From positions 62,498,001 through 62,562,000 of the forward strand of contig NW_024704743.1 in NCBI RefSeq assembly GCF_018977255.1: a stretch of DNA of 64,000 nucleotides, given 5' to 3'. Shown here piece after piece: positions 26,101 to 38,100 of the stretch. The stretch comes from Callorhinchus milii (lineage: Eukaryota). The translations under genes and the position numbers were made by a program. Position 1 is the first letter of the stretch. Every line of letters starts with the position of its first letter. Below the pieces are notes generated by a model. That model was not told the DNA's origin. It ran no database searches and was given only the letters and a program-made list of their open reading frames with translations.

Positions 26101-29100
26101 GCCAATTTCACCTCCACCTCTTAATAGTGACTCGAGCATGGTTAAATCGTACGGCACCAACGACAAGCTAATGGCCTTTCTTTAGGTGTTGACCATTGAT
26201 GTCAACAGATTATTCGACTGTAGTCAACATCACAATAATACCAGGTCCTGTCTTCACCTGATATTCATAAGTATGCACTTTTGGTTGAATGGCAATGTAG
26301 CACAGTGAGATAGATTGATTATTCTCTCAAAGCCATCCTTGATGCATTCAGCTAAGTCGTAGATTGGGGTCATTGGTTGTTTAGTTTCAAATATATCTCC
26401 AAATATATCTCTTTACATTTTGACTGTTATTAAATCCCAATGTTTAGCAACAAAGAGGGTTTCTATTTTTTTTCATTTACACATGTTTTCTAGTTTAAAA
26501 GTGTTTTTTTAGTTTAAAAGTGGTATTTCAATCTCATTTTTTAAGGTGATTGTATGATTAGTGTTTCTTTTTAATACTTTTGAGTCCGTGGTAAACTTGC
26601 CTTTCACAAAAACTGCATGATTGTGTGTTTCAGCGGCTGTGGAGTTGAAGCCTGAAGCAGAAAAATCTGAAGCTGCTTCAGGTGCGATTATTGACATAAC
26701 AATTATTTAATATTTAACTTTACTCTATGCCTCTCTTCTTCACCCCCCACACAAAAAAAAGGATTTGATTGCTTTACCTTTTAGAATTTATTTTGATATG
26801 ACATCATGCAGTACAGATGTTTTTGTGGGTTGCACTGGGTACATAGGTATTGTACTTTCTAAGTATAGGCTGCTGTGGATATGTCCTGAACCTTTATATT
26901 TATGTTACTTTTCTAATGCACTTTCAACTCCTACAGAACTAAATCAATTGTGTTAACTTTTAGATACATTTAAAAGTTTTAATACAGTAGAATGCTCTGT
27001 GGTGTATACAGGATGATCCCGTTTTACTAGTATTTTGGATCAAAAAAGTTAACGACTGTGTTATAAAGGGTCTGCACAAAATGGCCGCCAGTCCTGCTTC
27101 TAGTTTGTGAGGTCACTGCTAATGTTGGCACAGACTGATTGGCTTCCAATACATGCATCTGGCTTATTTTCGGTCTTATTTTGTGTTTTCACAAAAACTC
27201 TTATGGGTCTATTTTAGCTGCTGTTAAGCCTGTGGCATAACCAGTAGTTATGGTTGCATGAGAGGTGTTCCAAGTGGCCCTGTGGTACAGGATAAGTTTG
27301 CCAGGATTCTTGCTCTCACAATACAAATTACATTTCTATAGCTCCTTTTACATCGGAAGGATAGGATGAGAGCCCAAGGGGGTGGGGAAGGTAAAAGATG
27401 TCCAAAGGCTCAGTCAAAGAGGTATCTTGAAGCAGACCTTGAATGAGGGGAGGGAGCGAATGATTTGGACATACTCTGGAATGGAGTTCCAGAGAGCAGG
27501 ACAGAATGGCTGAAAGCCCACTTGCTGACGGTGGAGCTGATAGGGGGGGGACCTGAAACACGCTGCATTGCTCTTGATTGCTATGTGATGATCTTTACTT
27601 ATACACATGAAGATTCTGGCTTACGTCCTCTCCTGATCAGGCTCCGTTACTCTATCACCCCCAACATCGCACAGCTCCACTAACTCCCTTTCCCCCAGAG
27701 AATGGAGTTCAAAATCCTCATCCTCTCTATCAAAGGCCTCAACAGCCTTGCTCCTCCCTACATCTGTGACCTGATAACCCCATACTGGCTTTTCCGCTTG
27801 GCAGACTCGCTCATTGGCGCCATTGGCCAATTGACCACCATTGGCTCCATTGGCCAATTGAACACCATTGGGAGAACTCCAACCCACAGTCGCTTCACCT
27901 TACCCCCTCCCTTGCTTCCTTCAAGACCCGTTTCAAGAAATACCTCTTTGACTGTACCTTTGGTAATTTTCCCACCTCCACCGCCCTTGCCCTCTACCCC
28001 TCTTGATTCCAACCCCCAACTCAGATACAATTCCTTCACTGTCCAGCGCCTTGGGGCATCCTTCCTATGTATAAGGTGCTACATAGATACAATTTGTTGT
28101 TGTTCACATAAACTCTTATGGGTCTGTATTTCAGCTGCTGTGAAGCCTGAGCCAAAACCAGTGCCCTCTGAATCCATTCCAGGTACATTCACTGCGCTGG
28201 GGTTGAGAGCCCAAGGCGGGTGGGGGAGGGCAAAGATGTCAGAAAGGCTCAGTCAAAGAGGTACGTTTGAGATAGACCTTGAATTAGGGCAGGAAGCGAA
28301 CGATTTGGACAGATTCTGGAAAGGAGTTCTGAACAGCAGGACAGAATGGCTGAAAGCCCACCTGCTGTTGGTGGAGCTGATAGGGTGGGGGACATTGCTC
28401 TTGATTGCTATATGATGACCTTTACTGAACTTGTGCACGTGAAGAACAGAATCTGGCTTACCTGTGAAGCTGCACACAATTGAAAAGTCCGCTCTCTATT
28501 TGGTCTCATTTAAAGAATGAGCAGCTGTTAGCTTGCTTATAACTGTAGCTTAGCATAAACAAATGGATTCAGAACAAGTGAGAGGAAATTTAAAGGACTA
28601 GAAAAAACCCGGGGTTACGACAATAACTTGCGTTTATATAGCGCTGTTCGTGTAGGATAATATCTCGCAGCTCTTGACAGCGGTGGGGTTGGGTGCTAAG
28701 AAGGGGAGATGACCATGCGCATGGTTGATGAAGCAGGCTTTAAGGTACATTTTAAAAACAAGTAAAGGCGATATGGCAGGAAATTCCAGAAATTAAAGGG
28801 TGAAATGACAAGGGTCGGTGTGATTTAAGGGGCAGCTACTAACGATGTGGAGCTGGTGGGGGAAGCACAGCAGGCTCGACTAAGGAAAGTAGAAAAGTGA
28901 GGTCAGAGAAGCTCATCGAGATAGGGAAATTACACTTACACCTTGTTTGCCGGTCTTCCCAACTCTTCCCTACACAAGCTGCAGATTATTCAGAAACTCG
29001 GCAACTCGTGTCATCCTGCTCCAGGCTCCGTGAATTCATCGCCTCCATCCTCGCCCGGCTCCACTGACTCCCCATCCCCCAGAGAATAGAGTTCAAAATC

Positions 29101-32100
29101 CTCATCCTCCCTATCAAAGCCTTCCATGGCCTTGCTCCTCCCTACATCTGTGACCTGCTAACCCCATACCGGCTTGTCTGCGCACTCCGCTCGGCAGACT
29201 CTCTCCTGTTCCACCATCGGCGGTCGGGTCTTCAGCCTTTTAGCCCCAGCTTTAGGAACCAACCCACCGTCCCTTCGCCTCGCTCGCTCCCTTGCCTCCT
29301 TCAAGACCTGTCTCAAGACCTTCCTCTTCAACCGCGCCTTTGGTCATCTTCCCAACTCCACTGCCCTTGCCCTCCACCACTTTTGATTCCAATTCCCTGC
29401 TCGGGTACAATTCCTTCACTGTCCAGCGCCTTGGGTTCTTCCGACGTGAAAGGCGCTACACAAATGCAATTTGTTGTTGTTCACACAAACTCTTATGGGT
29501 CTGTATTTCAGCTGCTGTGAAGCCAGAGCCAAAACCAATGCACTCTGAACCCATTCCAGGTACATTCACAACGACATTATTTTTCTGTAAAATGGTGACA
29601 CTGATGCATTTCAGAATGTAGATATTTGTCAAATATGTAAAACGCGCATTTCACATCGGGAAGATGTCTCAAAGTGCTCAATACAGCATTGGGGGCGAGA
29701 GCCCAAGGGAACTGGGGGATGTCCAAAGGCTCAACAGTAGAGGTACGTTTGAGACAGAACTTGAATGAGGCGAGGGAGTTAATGATTTGGACAAACTCTG
29801 GAATGGAGTTCCAGAGAACAGGGCAGAATAGTTGAAAGCCCACCTGCTGGTAGTGGAGCTGATAGGGTGGGAGACATAAAACACTGCATTGGTCTTGATT
29901 GCTATGTGATGCCTTTCCTGAACTTGTGCACGTGAAGAACAGAATCTGGCTTACCTGTGAAGCTCCACACAGTTGAATAGTCTGCTCACTATTTGGTCTC
30001 ATTTAAAGAATGCTACTTGGATGAGCAGCTATTAGCTTGCTTATAACTGTAGCTTAGCATAAACAAATGGATTCAGAACAAGTGAGAGGAAATTTAAAAG
30101 ATTAGAAGGAACCTGTGGTTACAACAATAACTTGCGTTTATATAGCGCTGTTTGTGTAGGATAATATCTCGCAGCTCTTGACAGCGGTGGGGTTGGGTGC
30201 TAAGCAAGGAAATAAGGAGAAGGGGAGATGACCATGACTGAGGAAGCAAGCTTTAAGGTACATTTTCAAGACAAATAAAGAGGATTAGGCAGGAAATTCC
30301 AGAGATTAAAGGATGAAATGACAAGGGGCATTGTGATATAAGGGGCAGCTACTAATGATGATGTGGAGCTGGTGGGGAAAGCACAGCAGGCTCGACTAAG
30401 GAAAGTAGAGGAGTGAGGTCAGAGAACAACAACATTACATTTGTAAAGTGCCTTTCACGTCAGGAGGACGTCCCAAGGCACTGGACAACAGAGTTACGGA
30501 CCCGAGCTCGGGGTCAGGGTGGGGTAGGGTGGAGGGTAGTGGAGGAAGTAGGGAGATCGAAAGCACGGTTGAAAAGGAGGGTCTTGAGGTGGGTCTTGAA
30601 TGTGGCGAAAGAAGGGGCAAGACGGAGGGACTGTGGTCATCTTCCCACCTCCACTGCCCTTGCCTCCAACCCTCTTGATTCCAACCCCCCAACTCGGATA
30701 CAATTCCTTCACTGTCCAACGCTTTGGGACGTTCTTCCGATGTGAAAGGCGCTACACAAATGCAATTTGTTGTTGTTCACGTAAACTCTTATGGGTCTGT
30801 ATTTCAGCTGCTGTGAAGCCTGAGCCAAAACCAATGCACTCTGAACCCATTCCAGGTACATTCACAATTACATTGTTTTCCTGTAAAATGGTGACACTGA
30901 TGCATTTCAGAATGTAGATACTTGTCAAGTATGTAAAACGCGCGTTTCACATAGGGAAGATGTCTCAAAGTGCTCAATACCGTACTGAGGGTGAGAGCCC
31001 AAGGTGGTGGGGGAGGGGAAAGATGTCCAAAGGCTCAGTCAAAGAGGTACGTTTGAAAGAGGGAGACGGCTACCAATGATGGTGTGGAGGGGGTGGGGGC
31101 AGCACGGCAGGCTGGAATAAGGAACGTAGAGGAGTTAGGTCAGAGAAGCTCATCGAAATAATAATATAAATAATAATAATAATCCTTGCATTTGATATAG
31201 CGCCTTATCACGTCATCGAGATGTCTCAAAGCACTTCACAGAATATATTGTAAAGTGAATTGACTGTATATTTTGTTGGCGAAACACGGCAGCCAATCAG
31301 TCGTGGATTGAGTGACCCAATTATTATTTATTTTGAGGGGATTGTTACCCCCGGAAAAGTGATCCGCCAATTGACTAACCCCAGGTTCTTACTTACTGCT
31401 AACGGCTTTTCCTCCAGCCCCCGCACTGTCTCGTGTGGTGTCCCTCAGGGCTCTGTCCTCGGTCCCCTCCTCTTCACCCTCTATATGCTCCCCCTTGGTG
31501 ACATCATCCGCAGACATGGGGTTAACTTCCACATGTATGCGGATGACACCCAACTCTACCTTTCCTTCTCTACCCTCAACTCCACGACCACCGATGTCCT
31601 GACAGCTGCCTGTCCGACATCGAGTCCTGGACGAGAGACAACTTTCTTTAGCTCAACGTGCGTAAAACTGAGGCCCTCCTGATTGGCTCACGTCAGCGCC
31701 TCCGCACCTCAGGCGCTGACACCATCAGCATCCAAGGCTGCACTCTCCACCTCTCAAAGCCGGTCAGGAACCTCAGTGTTCTGTTCGACCCTGAGCTGTC
31801 CTTTCTTCCCCACATCCACGCCACAACTGGCACCGCCTTCCATCACCTCCGGAATATCGCCAGACTACGGCACTACCTCACCCCTCACGCTGCTGAAATA
31901 CTGGTCCACGCCTTTATCACCTCAAGGCTGGACTATGGGAACTCTCTCCTCGCCGGCCTTCCCGCCACCTCCCTCCACAAGCTGCAGGTCATTCAGAACT
32001 CTGCAGCTCGTGTCCTGTCCCGCACCAGGCTTCGCGACCACATCACTCCCACCCTCGCTCGCCTCCACTGGCTCCCCATCCCCCAGAGGATCGAATTCAA

Positions 32101-35100
32101 GATCCTCATCCTCACCTACAAGGCCATTCACGGCCTCGCTCCCTCCTACCTCTCCGACCTACTATCCCCCTACTTACCTGCCCGTACCGTACCCTCCGTT
32201 CCTCTGGCTCCGGTCTGCTCCACATCCCCCGCCCCAACCACCCTACTATCAGTGGCCTCTCAGCCCCTAGGCTCTGGAACTCCATCCCCCAGTGCCTTCG
32301 CCGCCTCCTCCCTTTCCTCCTTCAAGGCCGGTCTCAAGACCTTTCTCTTCAACCGTGGCTTCATCTCCCCTCTCGACTCTCTACCCCCTCCTCGCTCCCT
32401 TCCCTCCCCTTACCCTGACCATTTTCCCCCTGCTTGGGTCCCGACCCACTGTCCAGAGCCTTGGGACGTCCTCCCGATGTGAAAGGCGCTCTATAAATGC
32501 GATTTTGTTGTTGTTGTTGCTAGGTAAACGAGAGTGTGGAGTAAGGAAATTTGCCCAACTTTTCACCCTGCCCCGGAATCGAACCCACATCTCTTGCTTG
32601 CAAGGCGAGTGCTCTTACCACTGAGCTACAAGACTTCACAGATAAATTAGTGAAGGCAGCAAGATTGGGAAATTACGCTAACACCCTGCCCTCCATCCCT
32701 CTTGAGCACTTGCCCTCCACCTCTCTTGATTCCAACCCCCAGTTTGGGTACAGTACCTTAATTGTCCAGCGCTTTGGGATGTCCTTTCGACATTTAATGC
32801 GCTATATAAATGTAATTTTGTTGTTGCTACTCCATTACTGAATCTAATTGTGGATTTTTCTTTACATAGTTCGAGTAGTTACTCGCAAGTTTCCTGCATC
32901 AAAAATTCTAGAAAAACAGATCAATAGTTATGATGTCAAAGAACGAATAATTGGTATGTTTCTTTCTATATAGTTTGTAGTGTGATTTTTGGACATCCTT
33001 CCGGTGTGAAAGGTGCTATACAATTGTGTTGTTACCTCTTCCGCACATTTTTAAAAGGAGCTTATATATGGTAAATATATATTTGTGCTAAAAGACACAG
33101 CAGAGTGTGCTTCATAAACTGCTGGGTGTTGCAAAGGTTGGAAAATCAAGTAGAATGGAGGTGTAAAGACTTCTGTATCCATAAAATAGATATTTCAACC
33201 ACTACCTTCTTAGTGAAAATTGGCAAGTCTTGCTTCCAGGTTCTGCGATTACTGCTAATGTCGACACAGACTGATTAACTTTCAGTGCCTGCATGCAGGA
33301 GGCCAGCCAGTCAGCTATGATTGTTGTTGCGAATGTTTCTTCCAATATGTTCATGAGAGCGTTTTCAATGGTCTGTGCTGGGAATGTACCTCACTTCCTG
33401 TAACTGCAGATCAACAGGAGACTTGCATTAAAAACTAACTTGCTAACTGACTAACAGGAAAAGTGAGTGAAATTAGAAATTGCAGTTGCAGTTTTTGTTT
33501 TGTGATTTGGTCTCTTTTCAGTCTTATTTTATGTTGTTCACATGAACTCTTATGGGTCTGTATTTCAGCTGCTGTGAAGCCTGAGACAAAACCAGTGCCC
33601 TCTGAACCCATTCCAGGTACATTCACAATGACATTGTTTTCTGGTAAAATGGAGACACTGATGCATTTTAGAATGTAGATACTTGTCAAATATGTGAAAC
33701 ATGTATTGAGTATAATACTATATATTGTATAATGAGAATTAACAGTGATTATTTCCTATAAGGCTCCAGTGATTATAATGAGATCCTGAGCCATATAGGA
33801 AGGGTCGCTGGTTGTAAGCTGAGTTAGCTTGTTTTATTTATGGCTGCATGATAGGTGTTACATGTGTCCTTTGTATCTTTGTGCGATGGGAGATATTTGC
33901 CAAGATTCTTCCTCTTACAATACAAATTACCTTTCTAAAGCACCTTTCATGTTGGGAGGATATCTCAAAGTGCTCAACACTGCTTTGGGGGTGAGAGCCC
34001 AAGGGGAGTGAGGGAGGGGAAAGATGTCCAAAGGCTGAGTCAAAGAGGTACCATGAAGACAGACCTTGAATGACAGGAGGGAGCGAACGATTTGGACAGA
34101 CTCTGGAATGGAGTTTCAGTCTGCTTCTGCCCTCTATTTGGTCTCATTTAAGGAAGAATACTTGAATGAGGAGCTATTAGCTTGCTCATAACTGTAGCTT
34201 AGCATAATCAAGTGGATTCAGAGCTTGGGAGGAAATTTAAAGGACTAGAAAAAACTCAGGGTTACTACAAGAACTTGGTTTATATAGCACTGGTCATGTA
34301 GGATAATGTCTCAAAGCTCCTCAGTGGTGGGGTTGTGCTGAGCAAGGAGAAGGACTGATGGCCACGGGCACATTGAAGAAGCAGGATTTAAGATGGGATT
34401 TAAAGACAAATAGAACGGGGTGAGGCAGAGAGTTAGAGGGAGGTAGTTCCAGAGATTAAAGGGTGCAATGACTGAAGGGTCGGTTAACAATGGTGGAGTG
34501 GAAGGGGTGGGGAATCACAGCAGGCCCCAGTTAGGAGAACAGATGAGTGGGGGTGGAGAGGATCAGAGAGATAGTGAGGTGCTATTCCATACTGTACCTA
34601 ATTGTGGATTTTTCTTTACACAGTTCCAGTAGTTACTGACAAGTTTTCTGGATCAGAAATTCTAGAAAAACAGATCACTAGTTTAAATGTCAAGGAACCA
34701 ATAATTGGTACGTACTTTTCCTTTGTGGTGTGAATTCGTAACTCTTCCATACAAGTCATCCAGTTTGTCAGCTTGGCTCAGTGGTAGCACTCTCACATCT
34801 GAGTCAGAAGGTTGTGAGTTCAAGTCCCACACCAGGACTCACTTTATTGATGGAGTGCTGGGGGTGTATTGCACTGTCGGAGGTACCATGCTTTGGATGA
34901 GGTTTTAAACCGAGGTCCTGTTTGCCTGTTCAGGTGGATGTTAAAGATCCCAAGGCACTATTCAAAAAGAGGAGGGAGTTTCTCCTTGTGTCCTGACCAA
35001 CAATCCCCCGAATAAAATCGGTCACTTTCTCAAAGAAAAGAAAATTGGTTATTCATTGCATGGCTGTTTGTGAGACATTGCTGTGCGCAAATGTGCTGCC

Positions 35101-38100
35101 GCTTTTGGCAGATACACAGTCACTATATTTCACATTAAATTCTTTGAGACATGCTTCCAATGTGATATGACACTAAACAAAATGCAAGATTATTATTGTC
35201 AACATAAAACCATTCAACTGATACTAGTTGCTGAATATATTGGTCATCTTCAGATTCCTTTAAGGTCAGACAGTTATGTGGCTAGTTCTGCAGCCTCTAT
35301 TTATATAGCCTATGTTTTAGATAATTCCACATTTTTTGTATTATAGTATTTGAATTTCTTTCACATTATTGCCTCCGATTGAGATTGGCTATTTGGTCAT
35401 TTTATAAGTGCTTGAAGCTTACAGAGTAATAAATGTTTACTTCTTTGTGCAGGGTTGGATTTTTTGGTTGAATACCATTATTTGGGACAAACAGAAACAA
35501 TGTACTTTTGCGAACTGTGCAATTTTGAATTGCCACTGCGGTGTATTGTATCACATCTCTATGGAATGAAACACAGGATTGGTTATGTGGTAAGAATATG
35601 AATGCCCCCTTCATTGTTTTACTTGACTTTCTCTTGACTAATTATGCATAATTGGCATTTTTAGGACATAATTAAAAATAGTTTATTCGGAGTTCAATGA
35701 ATAATGTATAATTCAATTGTTTGCACATGCCGTCAGTGATCTGGCCTTAAGGGGAAATTTAGTGAAAATACTTTGTGCAGGGTCATCATTGTGAAATGAT
35801 TTCTTGATTGGTAACTGGCTTTATGTACATGAATCACAAATTAAATATTTATTATAAGTAGCAGTACTAAAACAGCTCTGAACTATTACACAATACGGAT
35901 AAATAGGTGTTTTCCAGGCAATGAAACCTTGCCACCTAATGTATTTGACTACTTCTGAAATGCATATTACAATTTGTTGATTTCCACTTTCCCAGTTAAT
36001 GTGCATTTAGCCAACTGCATCTTCTGTTCTGAAGCCATTTGAGACGCTGTACTGGGCTTCTACCTGATGCAGGTGTCTATATCCCCTCTTTGTGCAGCTG
36101 CTGACCTTCCGGTCTTCCATTACTCTTTCATTTTTCTTCAATTTTTGTTTCTAGATGTTGGCTTGTTGCTGGCACAGATTGTCTGCCTTGTTAATCAATG
36201 TAACACTCGCTCCATTTCTTCTGAAATCTGCTTTGAGGCCATTAAGCTAATTCCACCCTTTTTTAAGAGCATGACATTTTTAATGCAATTTTCCAATATT
36301 TTCTTCGTAAGATGAGGCAAGGCAGAGGGAATGAGGCAGGATATTCCGGAGGTTTGGGGCATTGTGGCTGAAAGCACTTCCGCCAATGATGGAGCGGATT
36401 GTTCGAGGGATGTGCAGAAAGCCTGAGCTAACTGAGCGAAGTGGGTGGGTAGAGAAGTGGGATGTGATCATTTCTTGTTTCTAGTTGATTTAAAATCCTT
36501 TGAAGTCCAAATACCATGGACATCTTGAATCTTTTACACTTTCTCTGGTAACGCTTTTGGGGATTTTGACTGTATGACTGTAGGCTTTTTTTTATAATGC
36601 ATAACACCATTGTGTTTGCATTTTATTTTTCAGAAACGGAGGCATCCAGATTTACTGAAATTAAGTGCAACAAAACACAAATTTATCATCAAAGAAAATA
36701 TTTCAGAGATCGAAAAGAGAGATGGAAGAGGCAACGTTAGGGTAATGCAACATAAGTGCTTATTGGAAACCATGGAAATCTATTTTATCTTACCAGCACA
36801 ACGGGCAAACTTATTAGCATAAACTTTTAAACGTTTCATTGTTATGCACAAATTGCCATGTTTGCCCACAAAACAATCACTGCACTTTACTGTGACTTGG
36901 GATGTTTTGTGACTGAGCACTTTGGGATGTCATTCCACTGTGAAAGGTGCTAAACCAAATGTATTATTATTAATAAGTAGCAACTTGCATTTATTTAGCA
37001 CCCTTCACACAGGGTAGTATCCCAGCGTGCTTGCCAGGTAATGTGGGCGGGAGTGTTAAACTTCAGAAAGCTGGGGGAATGAGAAAAACATTTGTTTTAC
37101 TGTTATAGTGAAAGCAGGTTTAATTTAATTATATTTTAAAACAGATTTTATTCAGTTAAGATTATGAATTTTCTAAAAAGTTACTTTATCTGAATTCCAG
37201 ATTATCTACGGTCAAATTCAACATGAATATAATGAAAAAAGCACTGCTGTGAAAAGACCTGCTGCTGACTGTAAGCTATTACAATTCAGTACCTCGGTTT
37301 TAGATAATAAGCGGCTAATCAGTCTAGCGTAGTGGTGGCACTCTCACCTCTGAGTCAGAAAATTATGGGTTCAAGCCCCATGTCGGGACTTGGAATTACA
37401 CAGTCTGAGCTGACAATCCAGTACAATGCTGGGGGTGTGTTCGGTGCTTTGGATGAGACGTTAAACCAAGGTCCGCCTGTTCAGGTGTTTGTTAAAGATC
37501 CCATGGCACTATTCCAAAAGAGAAGGGAGCTTCTCCTGGTGTCCTGGCCAACAATCCCCCAAATAAAATTGGTTAATCACTCCATGGCAGTTTGTGGGAC
37601 ACTGTTGTGCTTACCTGGCTACCAGGTTTTGCCCAGAAAATACAGTCAATCCACTTTACAGTATATTGTGTGAAGTGCTTTGAGATGTCTCAACGAGGTG
37701 ACAAAGACACTACATCAAATGCAAGTAGAGTGGAATCTGCTTTAGGTGGACACGGTTAACCCCGGACGTTGGGTAAATCAGACAAAATGCCCGGCCCCGA
37801 ATACTCCATGTTGTTAGCTGTTTTCAGTATGGCGGCTAATCCGGGCAATGCCGGGCGGTCACTGTTGAATGTACTCATTCTGTGTGTCCGCGACTCCATC
37901 CGTCCACGAGGGGAGGACCGAGGGCGGGAAGTCGGGATTGATTGACAGCTGAGAGCTGCTTGTGATTGGCTGGAGCCCAAACATTTATAATCGGCTGCAG
38001 CTGTCAATCACCTCAGCCATTGCTGATTGGTCCCCTTCCTGTCCAATGGAAACGGCAATGGGAGGGAGGCAGCCCCGCCCCTCTGCTGGGCAGGAAAGTA

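Larger units (their letters stand above)
27090..34707 (+). repeat. Tandem intragenic segmental duplications (~1-1.4 kb units) carrying the 48-nt and 84-nt exons
   Basis: Shared intron blocks, e.g. tttggtctcatttaa..aactgtagcttagcata at ~28500, 29995, 34140 and aactcttatgggtct at five sites. Confidence 0.9.

Noticed and set aside
31260..32482. Intact reverse transcriptase gene (also 21026-21793, 40443-40934, 42139-43111, 63481-63944)
   Set aside because: 5'-truncated, frameshifted L2/CR1 fragments; no endonuclease domain or complete ORF2
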